Source: Balanoglossus misakiensis (Eukaryota; Animalia; Hemichordata). From it: 64,000 bases of DNA. The position numbers and the translations under genes are program-made. Below are positions 13,078 to 27,000 of the stretch, piece after piece. The stretch spans positions 6,209,962-6,273,961 of the forward strand of contig CM082594.2 in assembly GCA_040954595.2 (NCBI GenBank). The letters are read 5' to 3'. The notes below the pieces were generated by a model. It did no database searches and was not told the origin of the DNA. It saw only the letters and a list, made by a program, of their open reading frames with translations. Within the stretch, counting starts at the first letter, position 1, and each line of letters opens with the position of its first letter.

Positions 13078-16000
13078 ATGGGGACAATGCCGCTGATTAA
13101 GAGATGTTGCTGTTGGGACGACTTGCGGAGTGGAGCGCAGGCGACGGCCATTTACAGCATAGTAAGTGAATTGAAAAACCTTTTACAAACATTTCGCTGC
13201 CTACAACAAACACCTATTGCTCTTATCCTTTGTGGTCTCTGAGAAGGTTTTGACAAACACGTTTGCACTGTTACACCTTGTCTCACAAACCCCAGCTAGG
13301 AACCTAGTCCAATGTATTCTCTATCCCTTTCTCTCCTGTACTATTTCGCTCTCTCTCTTTCTCCCTAGTTCAGAACAAATATCATTATCAGCATTTTTGT
13401 GAAACGAGGTTGATGGAGAAACTCGATCCTGCTTTGGCGGTCAGAATTAGTAAGGACAGTTTCCCTCACATGGATTTTTTATGCCTTGCAAACGTTATAA
13501 TCACTCAACATACATTTAAAATTACAGTGCGCGTATATATATGTACGTACGTCAGAAGTGACCGGTAATAGGCAAAACGTGGCCTGAGCTCGCGATCGTC
13601 CAATCGTGATTGACAGTTCATGCCATTTCGGCGTTGTGAAGACGTAAGTCATACTTGCTGCAAAGAATGAAAACATGACACTCCGCACATGTAGGGACAA
13701 AAAGTTTGACAAATATATATGTGCGCAAGACATACTTTCGCATAAACATCTACGTCGATAACTAGGTCGAAAATCATTGGCAGTGTTTACTTTTCAATGG
13801 CACACAAAATCAAACAACGGCAGCGTAGTTGTTTTACCCTGAACTATTGATGTAATTCACGATTTGAGTACATGTTTTCATGTTGCAATTAACCCAGAAC
13901 CAGCAAGAAATCCACATCGCTTTACAAATGCATTGATTACTTCAGTGAAAACTGCAGGTAGCCAGCGATACATTGTACATGTACATGTATTTAGCGTGTT
14001 CGATAGCGAGGACAAGTTAAAAGCAAATTCAAATTTACTTTTTTAAGTTAATTTGACTGTGAAGTCGCCCTGAAGTCGGCATTATTGTGGTGGGGTTAGT
14101 TTTAGTTTGTCCGTGACTTAACGATATGCTGATCGTTTATTCCTTCCTTCATCCACTCCTTCATTCATTCATTCATCCATTCATTCATTCATTCATTCAT
14201 TCACCCATCGACCTAAATGACATGTACATATGTCAAGGCAATTGCGAGTTATTTACAAATTACTTTGGCTCCGAGGAGGATAACCTTCTCACATTCTTCT
14301 GCTATATTCTTTGAAATGTCCTTTTTAGTGGTATTATAAATAACTCACCAATTGCTGTTACACTTTCAGCTGTTTTCGCTGGCTTGTATATTTCTATTCA
14401 TCTACTACCTGAGCTTCTACGGCAAGAACGGCGAAGAAGGTAAATCATGTCAATTGGAGAGTGTTGGCCGACGTGATTATGATAACAGAACCACCTCGCC
14501 AAGACTTCTTTCATAGTTCAATGATTTACTAGGATTACATTTCGCGATTGATCGAATCGAATCGACACGAGCTTCAGTAAATGACGTCACGATTCTCTGC
14601 TGGAGCCGTTTTCTCTATTAACAGATAAAACGCGGGAGGCTATACTTTGTCTTGGGAATGTCAAGAAACAGCAACTAGCGATGAGATACATTAGACAACA
14701 CAGAAAGTTATCCCATTCTTTTAAGAGAAATCAATTACTTACGAGAAGTAATCAGCTCCAACATTCCTACAATCTCGTGACAGTGTTTGATTGCCCAATC
14801 ATTTTTACCTTCAAATTAAACACCTAGTCATGGACAGAAGAACACAACCGTCGCTCTAGGATATTGAATAAACCACAGCAGCTGTGGCAATCTTGTAAAT
14901 GGACATTTTAAATGGCGAAGTAGATCATTTTGAATCTTTAGTCGTTTATTCCCCCTACAGAAGTTTACGGGACAGTTTACAAGATTTGGTTCGGTGCAGT
15001 GTTCCTCTATGCAATGGTGTTCATCGTTTCTATTATACTGTTAGTGGGAGTGCAAAATGTAAGTTGCTACTATCGTTAAAGTTGGATATTATTCCTTCGC
15101 CAAATACATGCAGAAAAAAAGAAATGGTTCATTCTAGCTGCCAAGACCTTCAGCCACTTGAAACCTCGATTGTTAGAGAAATTATGTTCATTGTACTGTC
15201 AATTAAAATTAAAAGCATTTAGGCCTAATTAGCAACTCCACAATTGTTGTCTAATTACATGCTATTGACATTTCGAATATTTTCAATATTATATTACCAT
15301 CACTTTCCATCATTGTGGAAAAAAGATGAATTGGTGAAAATATTGGTGAAAAGTGCGTTATGGTCTCTAACAAAGACACTTTCATGAACAAGAATACGAA
15401 AGGATTTGCAAAGAAATTTATGAATATTCACACACATGACAATTATGGAAGAATACCGACCATAACAATTCATAATGCCCCCAAAAGCATTACCGTTGCT
15501 CCACTAATGTCTTCCAGTTGTCTTTTATGTCATTCAGCACACTTATATTGTCAAAGCGTTAAGCATTTTCAAATATTTTAACTTTCACTCTTCGTTTCAT
15601 TGTGTCTTCTTAGGACCAGAAAGCCTTGTTGTTGCCGTATATTTGCTACATGATATTCTATATCTTCGTTGATCCTGCCATCCTTATTTATGTCGTTCGT
15701 GCAACAGTAAGTAAAGATTATGAATACAATTTTCGCTATTTGTATGGGCAACTTTGTCTTTTCCATCTATATTCGTCAAGGCATATGAAGCAAATACCAG
15801 AAATGGGAAATGATAAAAGTGTTCAGAACGGGTCTTTCTTTCTAGAACTTCTTCATCAGCAGTACTTAACTAAGAGAAGTGAAGGTAGTCTATTCAACTC
15901 AATCACATAATATTATATTCCGACAGGGTATAAGTGAAGTTAACGCATTTAACATTACATTCTGTATTTTACGGATAATAATGACGGTAGGTACAATTAA

Positions 16001-17269
16001 TTTTTTTTATTTATGTTGTTTTGTTTTTGTGTTTGTTTTGTTTTGTTTTGTGTTTGTTTGTTTGTTTGTTTTTTGTAAAACTGTTGCAATGTTCAGAAAG
16101 ACCTCTTCAAGGCTAAAGTTATGTAAAACGGCGTCAAAGAGATAATTGCAATATAATTACTAGCCATTTAGCTACCAAGGCAATGCACCACGTGTATCGT
16201 ATTTATTGGGGAAAGAGTGTTTCCATGGGAGTGTGTGATTATGTAACATGGACATAACCCCTACCCTGGCATAAAATTGCGTTCCATCAAACAACTTAAT
16301 AGATTGTGAATTTAAAACGTCACTTGCGCCATTTTGGCTTTATAAATAAATGCCCCTTAATGATCGGTCGTTTAATAACTTATCTAGTCTGCTGTGAATT
16401 TTCCATTAATATCGGGGTAGAACATTTAAAATCACATTTGGTGGTATCTATCTTTGACATTTAAATGCTATTTCCCATTACAATATGACAGTAAGAACAT
16501 TGATGATAAATTTTCATTTCATACATTTGAAATGTTTTATGAACTCCATAGACTCATTTGTTTGCCTTTAATTTCATTTGTATCCGCAGTCGTGCTGCGA
16601 GTTGTGTGTTATTTCCCAATATCAGCTGCTTGCAGCCGGGAAAGGACACAAGAATCAAACACAGGTATGCCTTATTATTCTATCTAATCACGTGAGACGC
16701 AGTGATCAGCAAACATGATCATGTGGCGGCGCCCTTCGTACGTGTCCATCATCATTTAAACGCTGGTGATGAGGGTAAACCTCCAGTGGTTGCGTTATGG
16801 TATGGGGCAATAACTGATTTATACAACAAAATATGTGTGTGGGTAAATTCTCGTTCTCTTGCTATTATTACAGGATGGCCCGATTCTGGTCGAAACGCAG
16901 GCATCGTTTGCGGCATCGATAGATGCATCGCCGGCAGCAACCTGTGCGGGTTCAGTCGTAGGCGATTTCACACCTGCGGTGGTACTACCCGACATCGAGC
17001 TAAACCAATCTGACTTTCAGTCGCCGCCGTCAAATAGCAATCTGCCGTACGGTGGTGAGCGCCCCCGTCCCAGAACAGCGCCAGCAAAGCTAAGCATGGA
17101 AAATGAAACTTTTGACACGCTGTTTTTACACGCTGCACATATTGAGATTAACACGGGGGGTGCGCAGCCTCAAGGGTCCACGGAGAAAACAGGTGCAGCG
17201 GAATCGACTCCGAAGGTGCGAAAATCGAAAAAATCGGTAAAACTCTCAGACACATTGTACCATATTTAG
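13078..17269 (+). CDS. Four-transmembrane protein, array paralogue 2 (~291 aa)
   Basis: Exons 13078-13161 (MGTMPLIKRCCCWDDLRSGAQATAIYSI), 14370-14439, 14961-15058 (..VYKIWF..), 15614-15706, 15927-15986, 16590-16664 (SCCELCVISQYQLLAAGKG..), 16874-17269. Intron phases match paralogue 1. Confidence 0.88.
14140..14202. repeat. (ATTC)n imperfect microsatellite
   Basis: Visible repeat. Confidence 0.85.
16015..16075. repeat. (TTTG/TTTTG)n low-complexity repeat
   Basis: Visible repeat. Confidence 0.85.
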
Positions 17270-18363
17270 AATCGAGACATTCGCAGAGAAACACATTATT
17301 GCAAATTTTACTTGCGGAAAAGTTTTGGGATTAATTGAGTTTATTGTTTTTTCGTGTACAGAGGATTATGAGACATTGTAAATATTGAAATGCTTTCTAT
17401 TTTGTTATCCACTTTAATTAGTGTAGACTTTCACAACAGATGATAACCTATTTCAAGTTTTTGTAACTACATGAACGAAGGGAAGTGATGTATTTTATTT
17501 TCAGTTTCCATGTTATATGTAATGAAATACGCTGCAAAAACTACAGGTCAAGGTCAAATTCAATATAACATTGCCGCTCCTTAATAATTATGTATTCTTA
17601 TGATGACAATACTCAATTACAAGGGGTAATTAACGTTAAAGTCCCTTCCCATTTTATGACCGTGAGTTTATGTAATCTTTATGTAATCATCGCGTAGATT
17701 TATATGCATATCATTTAATTATATTCAAACATTCGATCGAGTTTAATCGTTGACAGTTATTCTCAGCTCGAGAATAACTCATTCTGAGACTTTTTGTATA
17801 TCTCAGCCCGAGGCGGTATAAGAAAGAACATTGATTAAAATGTCCTGATAACACCATATTACATGTACATGTACCTGCATGGCCATTGCATGTCCCACAC
17901 TATCATTGGGTATCACTACACGCAAAGGGAGATACGGTATCATTTCTTTGCTATTGGTGACTGGCTTCATGTACCCCTGGTGACGCATGGTGAGATTTGG
18001 TGACCGTCGGTGGTTTTGGTAGTAAGTATAGGTAAACAACGGTGTACCTTTTGGAGAGTGTAATTCACGGAGGGCATTGAAAGGTCAGCCTACACTGTTG
18101 TTTTCTCGCAAGACATCATAGCAACTGTGATTATTATAGTTATCGAGACACTGAAAACCGTGTGAATAATAACTGCGCAATATATAACTGGATGATAACT
18201 TAGAATAAATCCGCGTACAGTACTTTTAAATCTTGCTGTTTTCTATCATGGCATAACCTACTCTGCTGATCGTTTTCCAACATTTGGTTTACAATATTGA
18301 TTTGATCATATGGAGACCTGTAAGCGCTAAAAAACGCACTAACGTTTCGGTGTTTCTTTCTAG

Positions 18364-18642
18364 GCATCTCACGCCATTCTCGTGGACGAGTTTTGGCCGA
18401 GCGTACAGATGACGTCACCACGCACAAAGATGGACGCAGCGACCTCGACGACGGACCTGCTGCACGAAACCATGAGGCAGCTGGCGGACAAGATGCAGGA
18501 GGTCAGCCGAAGGACGCAGAAATGCATCACGACCATCGAAGACGTGGCCGACGAGCACAAGTCTTTGCGACAGGAGGTGGAATTGTTCACTCTTGACCAA
18601 GGCAAGACGGGAAGGTGTTGTGGGAAAAATCGAGATTGCTAA
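18364..18642 (+). CDS. Unassigned coding-like exon (predicted coiled coil), possibly an extra or alternative 3' exon of paralogue 2
   Basis: A strong acceptor (TGTTTCTTTCTAG, ending 18363) precedes a GC-rich open frame ASHAILVDEFWPSVQ...LLHETMRQLADKMQEVSRRTQKCITTIEDVADEHKSLRQEVE in AT-rich surroundings. The phase-0 start is compatible with paralogue 2 donors. The 3' end is uncertain (donor at 18576, or stop at 18642). Confidence 0.5.
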   Translation, partial: ASHAILVDEFWPSVQMTSPRTKMDAATSTTDLLHETMRQLADKMQEVSRRTQKCITTIEDVADEHKSLRQEVELFTLDQGKTGRCCGKNRDC

Positions 18643-19162
18643 AAAATACGCGTAACTGTCGTTTTGTCATCCACATCTCCATGGACAACAGTCACCCATG
18701 GTAAACCCCGTGCACAGAATTTTCTAACTGGGTTGTCAAGCCCTTAAGATGACGGCTGCTACAAATCAACTAACCCAAAGTAACAGGGAAAACAATATAC
18801 TTCATGTCAGGAGAGAAGAGGGCGCTTACCATTGCTATTTTGCGGAAAGACTCATAGCCTTATTAGCCGTGTCATTTCATATCATTTCCAGGTTATCGTG
18901 TGTTGCATATGTTATGTCATCTGATTGGACCCATCAATAAATGCGACCATCTGTTTCTATATTTGTACACATAGTGATTAAGTTATGAACTCAAATAGAA
19001 CCTGTGGATACACCCTAAAGTGTGGTCTGTCGAAAGTACAGCTTCATATAGAAGTCTGGTCACTTTACTCACATGTTCAGTGAGAGTAATGGAAATTTAA
19101 AAGCAATATGATAACGTCAGCATTCAGAATTCGTTACGTACAGTATGGTATAGGTATTAAAT

Positions 19163-19310
19163 GTAGTACAGTACAGTACAGTACAGTACAGTACAGTACA
19201 GTACAGTACAGTGCAGTACATTACAGTTCAGTACAGTACAGTACAGTACAGTACAGTACAGTACAGTGCCTTGCAGTACAGTACAGTACAGTACAGTACA
19301 GTACAGTACA
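19163..19310. repeat. (AGTAC)n pentanucleotide microsatellite
   Basis: Visible repeat; source of the spurious STVQY ORF. Confidence 0.97.
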
Positions 19311-20234
19311 TGCAGACTGCACTAAAATAAATCGAGGTGTGCCTCCATTAATAGCTCTGGTTCCACAGCAATAGACCATTCTCTTTGCACACGTTGTTGT
19401 AATGTTTAAATTGCACTGTGAGGCGTGTCAGTCTGAAAATACACTTTCCAGTCAAACGAGCGGGTCATATGCTCTACCGAGAACGAGAATAATGCTTCTG
19501 GGAACACAGAACATATTTGCCACACCTCAACCCTTTCGTTACTAAGCAACTTTTTTTACTGCAAAACCTTTGGCAGGATTACAGTTTAGTTACCAACATA
19601 ATTCTATTTGGATGTCAAAGGTCCCGTGATACCGGCATGCTAGGCCTCTCAACAATGCCAAAATTAAATTACAACTGGCCTTGATATATGGAGTCGGTCT
19701 ATTACCCAATTTAATAGTGTTACTGACAGATGCAGACGATTTCCTGGTAATATTGTGTGGTAAAGGGCGAAGGGAAACATGGCACGTTTTCGAGTCGCAT
19801 CTAAACATTGCCATGCCAACCAAAACCCATGCCCTTGGTATAAAGTGCAGTTTCCATATGTCTCTTCTTGGAACAATAGGAAATGATATGCTGGGGTTGA
19901 TTTTGCACAATAAAAGAGGGCTGTACCCGTACACCGTTGATTGGGTAGACGAGTAGCAGCTGTTTAAGAGGTTAGGACGACGTCACGCCTCGTCAGTGCT
20001 GTTTATGACCAGGCTGCAAGTCAACATCGAGCTCCGCTGGGGACACGCCCCAGAATGGGAGAGAGTTACCAACTAACGCCTAGAGCCGCGAGGGTACTCC
20101 CCTGCTGGTTTTGACGGGGTTGTGCAGCCAATATAACGAATCCAGCCACAGTGATCTGTCTCACAGGGCCTGTGGTGTCCTCGACGCTGACGCAGCTGTT
20201 GTGTATCAAACCGCGTGCGTCACCGTGACAGAAG

Positions 20235-23200
20235 ATGCCGATCGTAACACAGTTCCTATGTTGGAGCAACACCAAGGATGCGACGCGTGCAGTCGCCATG
20301 TACGGTGCGGTAAGTATACATCTCAGATTTGCCTCTACCAAATTTGACAACACAACACTTGCATCAACAGTTCCCAGCACAGTGTACATGTACATACCCA
20401 AGTTACTAACGAATTAATCGCTAGCCGAAGGTTGCAGACTATGGCGTCGCCGTCGATATATTTAATACCAAAGTTATCAAAATAACAAAGGCATATCGAC
20501 TGATCCAGGGTCGCCTGGTGTGCAGCATAATAAAATTTAACTGCGCTTTGCAATAGCAGACAGAGTTGTTGAATATATTAATTTACACCAATTTTCGATT
20601 AGATTACATAATTTCTCTCGGTATATACCAGCAGAGATTAAGAATCTACCCATATTAAATAGCGAATCAACAGGAGTTGATGCTCGTAAACAATGCCACA
20701 GATTTCGATCAAGAAGTGTTATATTGAAATATTAACGATCAGAATTGGTTTATGTTATTGATTATTTCAAAAATTGAGGCGTGATCACACCATGGCAACT
20801 GTGGCTATGGTAATTATAATTTTGGCAAGTACAAATTCGTCGGTCGGATTTCTCTTAACTGTACGCGTTAATGAAACTAGTTGTAGTATGCAACCATTTC
20901 AAATTGCCCAATCCATCATAAAGAAGTAGCGACGGAGTTTTATTTACTCATCAAATAATGAGTATTTTCCATGCCAAAGTACGTGCATACGCGTTCTGTG
21001 GCTTTAAAACGTGAAGTAGCCACTGTATTTTTTAAAACGTCGAAAATTATTTGTACTTTTTAGGGTTTCCTCACACGGAAACTGGAACTGTTAACATGGT
21101 GTCCAGCAACAGTCATTTTGCATATTTCAATCTAGGATACAACAGGTCATAAAGACACATGTGTCCCCAATACCCACCAGACAAATGTCAAATAATGACA
21201 AAATGCACGGGACCTCAACTTGCTCTACCACGCTGCCATTACTTTCAAACATTAACTACGCCGACGGCTATTTGTTTGCAGTAAGGTCGAATAGAGTTGC
21301 TGGTACATATGTGCGTAGAATATATAACAGGGAGAGAGTTGCTCTGAAATTAACCAATTTAAGGCGATTGAAAACTGTATTTTGGCGAATTTTTGTCTCT
21401 AAGTTTGTCAGTTGGAATCTAGACACTTGCTTCGATTTTTCAGAGCAGTTTTCGCTTTATTCCGAAAATGTAAAAAAAAATAATTTCGCTCTCAAGCTTC
21501 TGAAGTTTGACATCATTACATATGATATGCTAATGTTCCTATTTTTGTCGTACTTATTCTTTAAATTAATACTATTGTTATCACATCTTCTTTTTACTGG
21601 GTGGAGTCATTTTGACCTATTTAAGGGTGCGGTTCGCTAAATGCTATGTTTTGATGATTATATGTGGCTAACATACGACAAAAATCATGCAAAAGGAACT
21701 ACTTGATGCGTAAAATAATATTTCGAAGGCAGTACCCATGCTATGCACACCACGAGACTGTCCTATAAGCGACACGCCAATTTCCATTATGTTATGAATG
21801 CACACCATAAAAACCATTTTTAATGTTACTTGTTTTGCAGCTATTGTCGTCAGTGTTCTTATTCTGGTATCTCCATTCTATCACCATCAAACTTGGCAAC
21901 AAACCTGTCGACGGTGAGTCTACGATTTCCAGTCAAATTTGACTATGACTGTGGTTACTGAGTATGGGCATTGTGAGCACTACACTGCAAGATTAATATG
22001 AATGATATAAAAAGATAACTGAATATGTTTTTCTATAAGTTATTTTCATCCGAACTACCATTGAAATCTTTATCACGTTAATCCATGTGGTTTTAGATAA
22101 AGCTTGTGTGCCTTTAAATGACAACTGACGTTCTTCTTTGTTTCCGTAGAACACCATGACACTCTCTACAAGGTATGGTTTGCCATGTTATTCGTTTACT
22201 CTGTATATTTTATCGATTCCTGTATTCTAATGGTCGGGGTCGAAAAGGTAAGTGAGAAACATTACCATTCTAATGTTTTCAATTTTATTTATTTACTTAC
22301 TTATTTACTGAGCGCCCGAAGTATTTCGGGATATAGATGGGTGTATCATAAAAACTGCTTCGTCGCATTTTTTTTTTCGATTATAGAAGAATGTAAAACA
22401 GAAAATTATATATATGTTGCCTCGTCGACTCATCAGCGCGAATAATCCGAATAATCATGTAGTTCTGGGCTGCTAAATGTATGTTGCCTTGGTTTTGACT
22501 GGTCATGTGCTGGCCATTTAATAGACATTAAGACCAATTAAAATTGGCCAAGGCCAACGTTAATCTACCTCTGCTTGTTATTTATAAGTACCGTGTTGTG
22601 TTTCTATACCTATATTTACTGATTGTACGAATATGCTATTGTTAGCCAACCCTGGGCCATTACAATACCGACCTAAAAGATATACGTTTATACTTGTAGA
22701 CGCGAAAGCTCGCGTCGTAGCTAGCGTATGGGGCCTCTTATAACTCGAACACTGTGCATTTAGACACACGTATCGTATGTGTGTCGGTTGTTGTTCGGTT
22801 AAACCTGACACAAAAGCGACAAATTATGAACTATTGTGCACCCGCATCAACTGAAAACGACCCCTTGACCTCTGTGCATCAGACACACTGTCGGATTAAT
22901 CTCAGGGAAGACCGCACAGCTCAAAGGTCTACGGTGTGTGCAAATCTGTTATTTAGCATTGTATTTTATGCATAGGCACCCGTGTCATTGCATGTTATAT
23001 TCCGAACCAGATTGTGCTTTATAATTAGAGTGCGATTACGATATTGTAGCTGTAACTGATTTCCAATATGTTTCTTTATGTCCATTGCAGTTTCTTGTTA
23101 TACCCCATATAACAAACAAATGGCCAGTAATATATTTGTAAACGATCATTATTGCTGTTGACAAATGAATTTAAGTCCATAAATTTTACTGCGTTTCTGT

Positions 23201-24038
23201 ATAAACGCGTTTACATGAAGTAATTTGGGCACTTAATCGGCCGAGGGGAATACACTGACGATTTTCAACAGAAGCGTAACGAGCCTTATCTTCAGACGAA
23301 ACAAAATTCAGTTGGAATGATGGAAATACCGCTAATGGAAACATTTGGCCGTATTTCAGCCCTATGTGATGTCAATAGTCTGTAATGAATCCTTGACAAA
23401 TGGTAGTCTCAAAATAGCATTTTCGGGTAAATTAACGTAAAACTACACATATAAATGGGTTGGATGTGCGTTTAAAGTGCATTTAACACAAATGGACTGC
23501 AATTGTAGAACTACGTTAATGTCGCCAAAAGATACATTGAATATAAACGTCACCAGTTTTACGCTCATCATTATGTAATAACGAAAGGTGCACGAATACT
23601 GCTGTTGCTCGATATAAATAGCAACGATCTCACCGCGGTCAAGTCCATTTAACTGTAGTTTCGACCAACCTCGGGTTATATACTTCGCGCTTTACAGTTT
23701 TGACTGATAGTTACAGGGAATACAGAATGGGATAAAATGGCTAAAATCAAATCTTATTCTGTTTAATTACATGTATTCTGATACTGTAATCTGTTTTGTA
23801 CATTTTTCTGCAGGGTACGCGGTTCTTGATGATAAACTATCTGATATATTTAATATTGTTCGAACTTATTGACACTGCACATATAAGTTACCTTCTACTC
23901 ATCTATGTAAGTTTTAAACGTTTCTTCTAATTTCATTGCATGTATGTATGTATGTATGTATGTATGTATGTATGTATGTATGTATGTATGTATGTATGTA
24001 TGTATGTATGTATGTATGTATGTATGTATGTATGTATG

Positions 24039-24070
<32 letters not shown>

Positions 24071-27000
24071 AGTATGTATGTATGTATGTATGTATGTATG
24101 TATGTATGTATGTATGTATGTATGTACGTATGTACGTATGTACTTACGAACGTATGTATGTATTGTACACACTGAAATTCAAAGCACTAGCTGTTTTTCA
24201 AACATGCAATTGTACGATATCTGAAGATGAGAACACAATCATGACTATTACAAATTATGAGCCCAATAAGTCTACGGCTGTGTCACACCAATTCCCCTCG
24301 GATATCCCGCTTAGTATTTGAAAATGTCTTCTTCTATTCAATTTGCAGGGTACTTCAAATGCAGATGTCGTCATCGAATTAATATTTTATGTGTTTATTC
24401 TTGCAATGAACGTAAGTAAGGGGATAAATCATAATAATATGTTATGCCTGTTTACAATATAAATGGAGGCTTACTTCAGAAGATTTAAATATTTGATTTC
24501 TTAACTGTTACCAGTTATCGAAAGCAGGTGCCGCATGCAAATTACTGAGTACAACTTCGCCATTTTATATCTCACATTTTGGATGAATGTGATAGACCGG
24601 AGAAATAGAGTTTTTGTATGAGTGAAATTAAAAATATAAAAAGTACGAGGTGTTATTGACAGCATGTTTTTTCAATAGAGGTTTAATGGCAGACTCTTGT
24701 GTATTCAAAAAGGCCGTTTGTGTGTTCGAAGCCAATGTTTGGCAACGTTTAAAAGCTTGCGTGATGGCATTATATTGTAATAGCTGCTTCTCTGTCGCAG
24801 CAATTATTTTATTGTGTAATCTGATGAAACGTCTGACTTTTATGGTCCCTGTAGATTCCTATATTTATCATCGTTCTGGCAGAGTACCAACGAACCACGC
24901 TAGAAAAGCGGGCGGCAGCGGCCGAAGATAAGCAACAAGCGGTAAGACACGTTTAAATTTAACAAAATACAGGCAGGGGCGCACAGAGACAAACACAGGA
25001 ACAAAGGCGGTCAATAGATAAATTTTCGCGACGATCTATCAACGCTCTTCCAAAATATTCATGGTTAAGCCCATCTATACAATCAGCTCATAAGACAAAT
25101 AAAGGCATATTCTTTCAGCGAAGGCTTAATACGGCACACTACATTTATATCAGTTAACGTTATTAATGCATATCCTTCCGCAAAATCTCCCCAAAAACAT
25201 ACTTCTTACGTAGAATCAGCTACAATTTATTGTGCTCTACCTATATTACTGAGACCCTTCTTCTGCCTGCTTCCTTGTAACCTAGCTCGTTTCTTCCTCT
25301 TTTGCATTCTAAATTGACAGTTTCCCTATCTATGTCCTGTTTTCTTATAGGAAGCATCCAACACTCGGCCTATAGAGACCATCACATAACTGCCATTTGC
25401 TACATGTATATGTTCCATGCCTGCTGTTGACTCATCACTTGTAACTCGTATCACCACCATAGGCACTTCATCCTACTGCACTGCAGCCACAGAACTTGCA
25501 GAACTTTTTATACTCTGTATATTTATCTTATTTGGATAATTACATTTTTACATTTATTTTTATTCTTTCTACGATTATCTTTAACGATATGCTTTTGTGC
25601 GTTGTAAGGAGGCCTGACAAACAATATGTATACACAATTTAGTGTATTAGTAATTCATAAACAGCTTATGTACAGTCCATGGAAATAAGGACATCAACGT
25701 TTCCTGTTGGCTGTGTAACACTGTGCTATAAAAACATTCAGTTGGCGTGCGAGTATAGCAATTATACTAGGCACAGTGGGGGTCATTAATGATCTGTTCT
25801 CATCATTGTAGAGGGGTAAGACCCTCTCGCTCTGAACTAAATTTGAATTATGAACTGGTATCCAATTGCATGCCATGATTTTAATTTCCAAATACTGAAC
25901 CAAAATTACCTCAATGGACTGGAATAATGTGTCTAGTGAGTTGCCAGATAAACCATTTGGTTAAATACATAAATTTTCCTATAAACTTACAATACTCTGT
26001 CTGGTCAAAAACCCTGGCACTATATGTAGAGGCACACATTTTGAACAAGTTACAATAGTACATAGTTTATATAGATTAAATTAAATAGTTAAAACAAGTA
26101 GATAACCACATGATAGCAAGATAATATTAAATTTGGGTTGCAAGAAGTCGACTATAAGTAATAACCTTCTAGTAGATCAGTAGTGAATTCCCAACATAAT
26201 GCTAAATTTACTGCAGTTTAACCAATGATGATACCTTTGAGATTGTGTTTTTCTCTTGTTCATTAATTTTGATAATAAAAACAGTTGAAACATTTTCAAA
26301 TACTGGTGGCGGGTGTTTTAATGTGAGATTTTGTTTCTGAAAATGGATCCTTATATTAGTATTTCCATTACTATTTAAGGGAAAGGATGGCAGTTTGTTT
26401 AGACAGACCGATGGATGGTATGATAAAATACACACTTCGACAGGTATTTAAAGCTAACCAGTAAGCACAAACAAAAGAAGCACAACATGAATAAAGCTAC
26501 CTTTAATCGTTTTTTTCTAATAACGACAAAGTATTTAATTTTTTGCTCAACTCAACTGCGCAGGACAAAATATCGCGTGCTCTCGCAATGCGCAATGCAC
26601 CGTACGCGAAAAATGTCATCTGCTCCTCGGCACCTCAAGTAATTTCGTACGCGGCGCGGCGATGATCCCCGGCGGTGATACTGACTGTGTACTTGAATGT
26701 CCTAAAGCCGACCGCAATAGATTCCGGAATGAAACGTCGTAGTTTTTACCAAGAAAACAGAAACGCTTGAACTCCGATGGCAAATGAAATGCAAACATCA
26801 CATCGTGCGCGCTTCCGAACGCTTGCTGACGCATGAATCTTTAAAATACTAGTATAACAAACTCACCTTCAAACAAAGTAAAAACATATCTTGAGATGTA
26901 GGGATGACCACGTGGGGAGGGGACGTAACATCGTTGTCATTCTCGTGCATTTCCGGCCGTCTCCGTCTCGAGGGGAACGCCACGCTCAAAATTGAAACAG

